NCBI GenBank assembly: GCA_946409405.1
Contig: CAMJWL010000001.1
Coordinates: forward strand, 310 to 64,309
Source: an uncultured Bacteroidales bacterium
GTDB lineage: Bacteria > Bacteroidota > Bacteroidia > Bacteroidales > UBA3824
Reading direction: 5' to 3'
Length of the DNA stretch: 64,000 nucleotides
Shown here piece after piece: positions 63,404 to 64,000 of the stretch (the stretch's first letter is position 1; the number at the start of each line of letters is the position of its first letter). Below the pieces are notes generated by a model. It had not been told where the DNA came from. It saw only the letters and a program-made list of their open reading frames with translations, and did no database searches. Made by a program: the position numbers and the translations under genes.

Positions 63404-63616
63404 ATGAGCATCCACATCGGCGAAAAGATAAAGGCAGAGTTAGAGCGGCAAGGACGCTCTAAGGTGTGGCTCGCGCATCAAATCAACCGCACTGTGCCAA
63501 CGTGTTACAATCTTTTTCAAAGTGCCGAAATTGACACCGGCATCCTCAAAATCATCTGCAAAGCCCTCAACCACGATTTTTTCATCGACCTTTCCAAAGA
63601 TTTACATTCTGAATAA
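63404..63616 (+). CDS. XRE-type helix-turn-helix protein (70 aa)
   Basis: Start at ATG 63404. IGEKIKAELERQGRSKVWLAHQINRTVPTCYNLFQSAEIDTGILKIICKALNHDFF matches a small HTH family common in Bacteroidales accessory DNA. Confidence 0.7.
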   Translation: MSIHIGEKIKAELERQGRSKVWLAHQINRTVPTCYNLFQSAEIDTGILKIICKALNHDFFIDLSKDLHSE

Positions 63617-63685
63617 CATAAAATATTTTTTACGATTTCGTAAAATTCTTTTTATAAAACCATAAAGAAAAACCGAAATTGATTC

Positions 63686-63717
63686 TTTGGCGGGTCGGGA
63701 AATTGTGCGTATGTTTG
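63686..63717 (+). promoter_or_regulatory. candidate promoter TTTG-N20-TATGTTTG
   Basis: TTTG at 63686-63689 and TATGTTTG at 63710-63717, 25 nt upstream of the ATG at 63742. Confidence 0.45.
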
Positions 63718-63741
63718 CGGTGTAACAAAAAACAATAAAGT

Positions 63742-64000
63742 ATGGCACTTGTCTTTATAATAGCATCACTTGTGTACTTGGGGGTCTGTTGTTTTTTTTA
63801 TGAAGAGGACTATTTCAAGCACATGTTAAAAACGTGGCTTATTCCGTTTGCCTTGGTGGTAATTGTTTTGCTATTCCTTGCAGATAAAATTGACGTTCCA
63901 AATTTTGTTTCGCTTTTCGCAATTATTGGAAGTGCTTCTTGGTTGGTGAATATGATATTTTACCATATCTTGAAATTTTACAGTAGGCTTCATTTGCGCG
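63742..64000 (+). CDS. membrane protein, 5' part only (runs off the window)
   Basis: ATG at 63742, then an open frame to the window end: MALVFIIASLVYLGVCCFFYEEDYFKHMLKTWLIPFALVVIVLLFLADK... with at least three hydrophobic helices. It is not in the ORF track because no stop lies in the window. Confidence 0.5.
   Translation, partial: MALVFIIASLVYLGVCCFFYEEDYFKHMLKTWLIPFALVVIVLLFLADKIDVPNFVSLFAIIGSASWLVNMIFYHILKFYSRLHLR

Overview
This is a 64-kb chromosomal window from a Bacteroidales-type (Bacteroidota) genome. That assignment rests on protein signatures (HtpG, L13/S9/S2/EF-Ts, Dxr, FolE, TrmB, a GldH-like lipoprotein, a T9SS sorting domain) and on TTTG-N19-20-TAnnTTTG promoter boxes. I support about 55 protein-coding genes. 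By eye I found no rRNA, tRNA, CRISPR array or bona fide IS element. Most of 12-26 kb and 33.7-61 kb is ordinary housekeeping: htpG, two PP2C/SpoIIE sensor phosphatases, a Mur-ligase/AmpG/AsmA-like block, SpoIID, ThiL-like, SPOR, M23, dxr, a sugar transferase, nnr, folE, trmB, the rplM-rpsI-rpsB-tsf genes, and a fused GT3-GT35 glycogen synthase/phosphorylase. Three regions stand out. (1) 1-10.8 kb is an accessory, defence-like island on the minus strand. Its core (3811-10118) is a translationally coupled four-gene module of three mutually divergent dynamin-like GTPases plus a membrane-anchored coiled-coil protein. Downstream lies a visibly AT-richer block with a TIR/FGE-sulfatase fusion, a GHKL-ATPase plus STAS-like (DUF4325-type) pair, and small Zn-ribbon/DUF2442-type genes. 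A 22-nt motif occurs three times (two direct copies, one inverted) in the leader region. I consider the dynamin module the best candidate for an undescribed system. (2) 26.4-33.6 kb is a polymorphic-toxin locus. A small T9SS-sorting-domain protein is coupled by an ATGA overlap to a SpvB/FG-GAP/RHS (TcB-TcC-like) giant protein that is interrupted by a one-base frameshift. The giant protein carries an unclassified C-terminal toxin and is followed by a signal-peptide immunity candidate. (3) 61.2-64 kb holds an AlbA_2/HATPase_c_4/wHTH protein with an in-frame 12-nt tandem repeat, a promoter/terminator-bounded noncoding stretch, and an XRE-type HTH gene. All domain calls come from motif recognition by eye; no database search was run.
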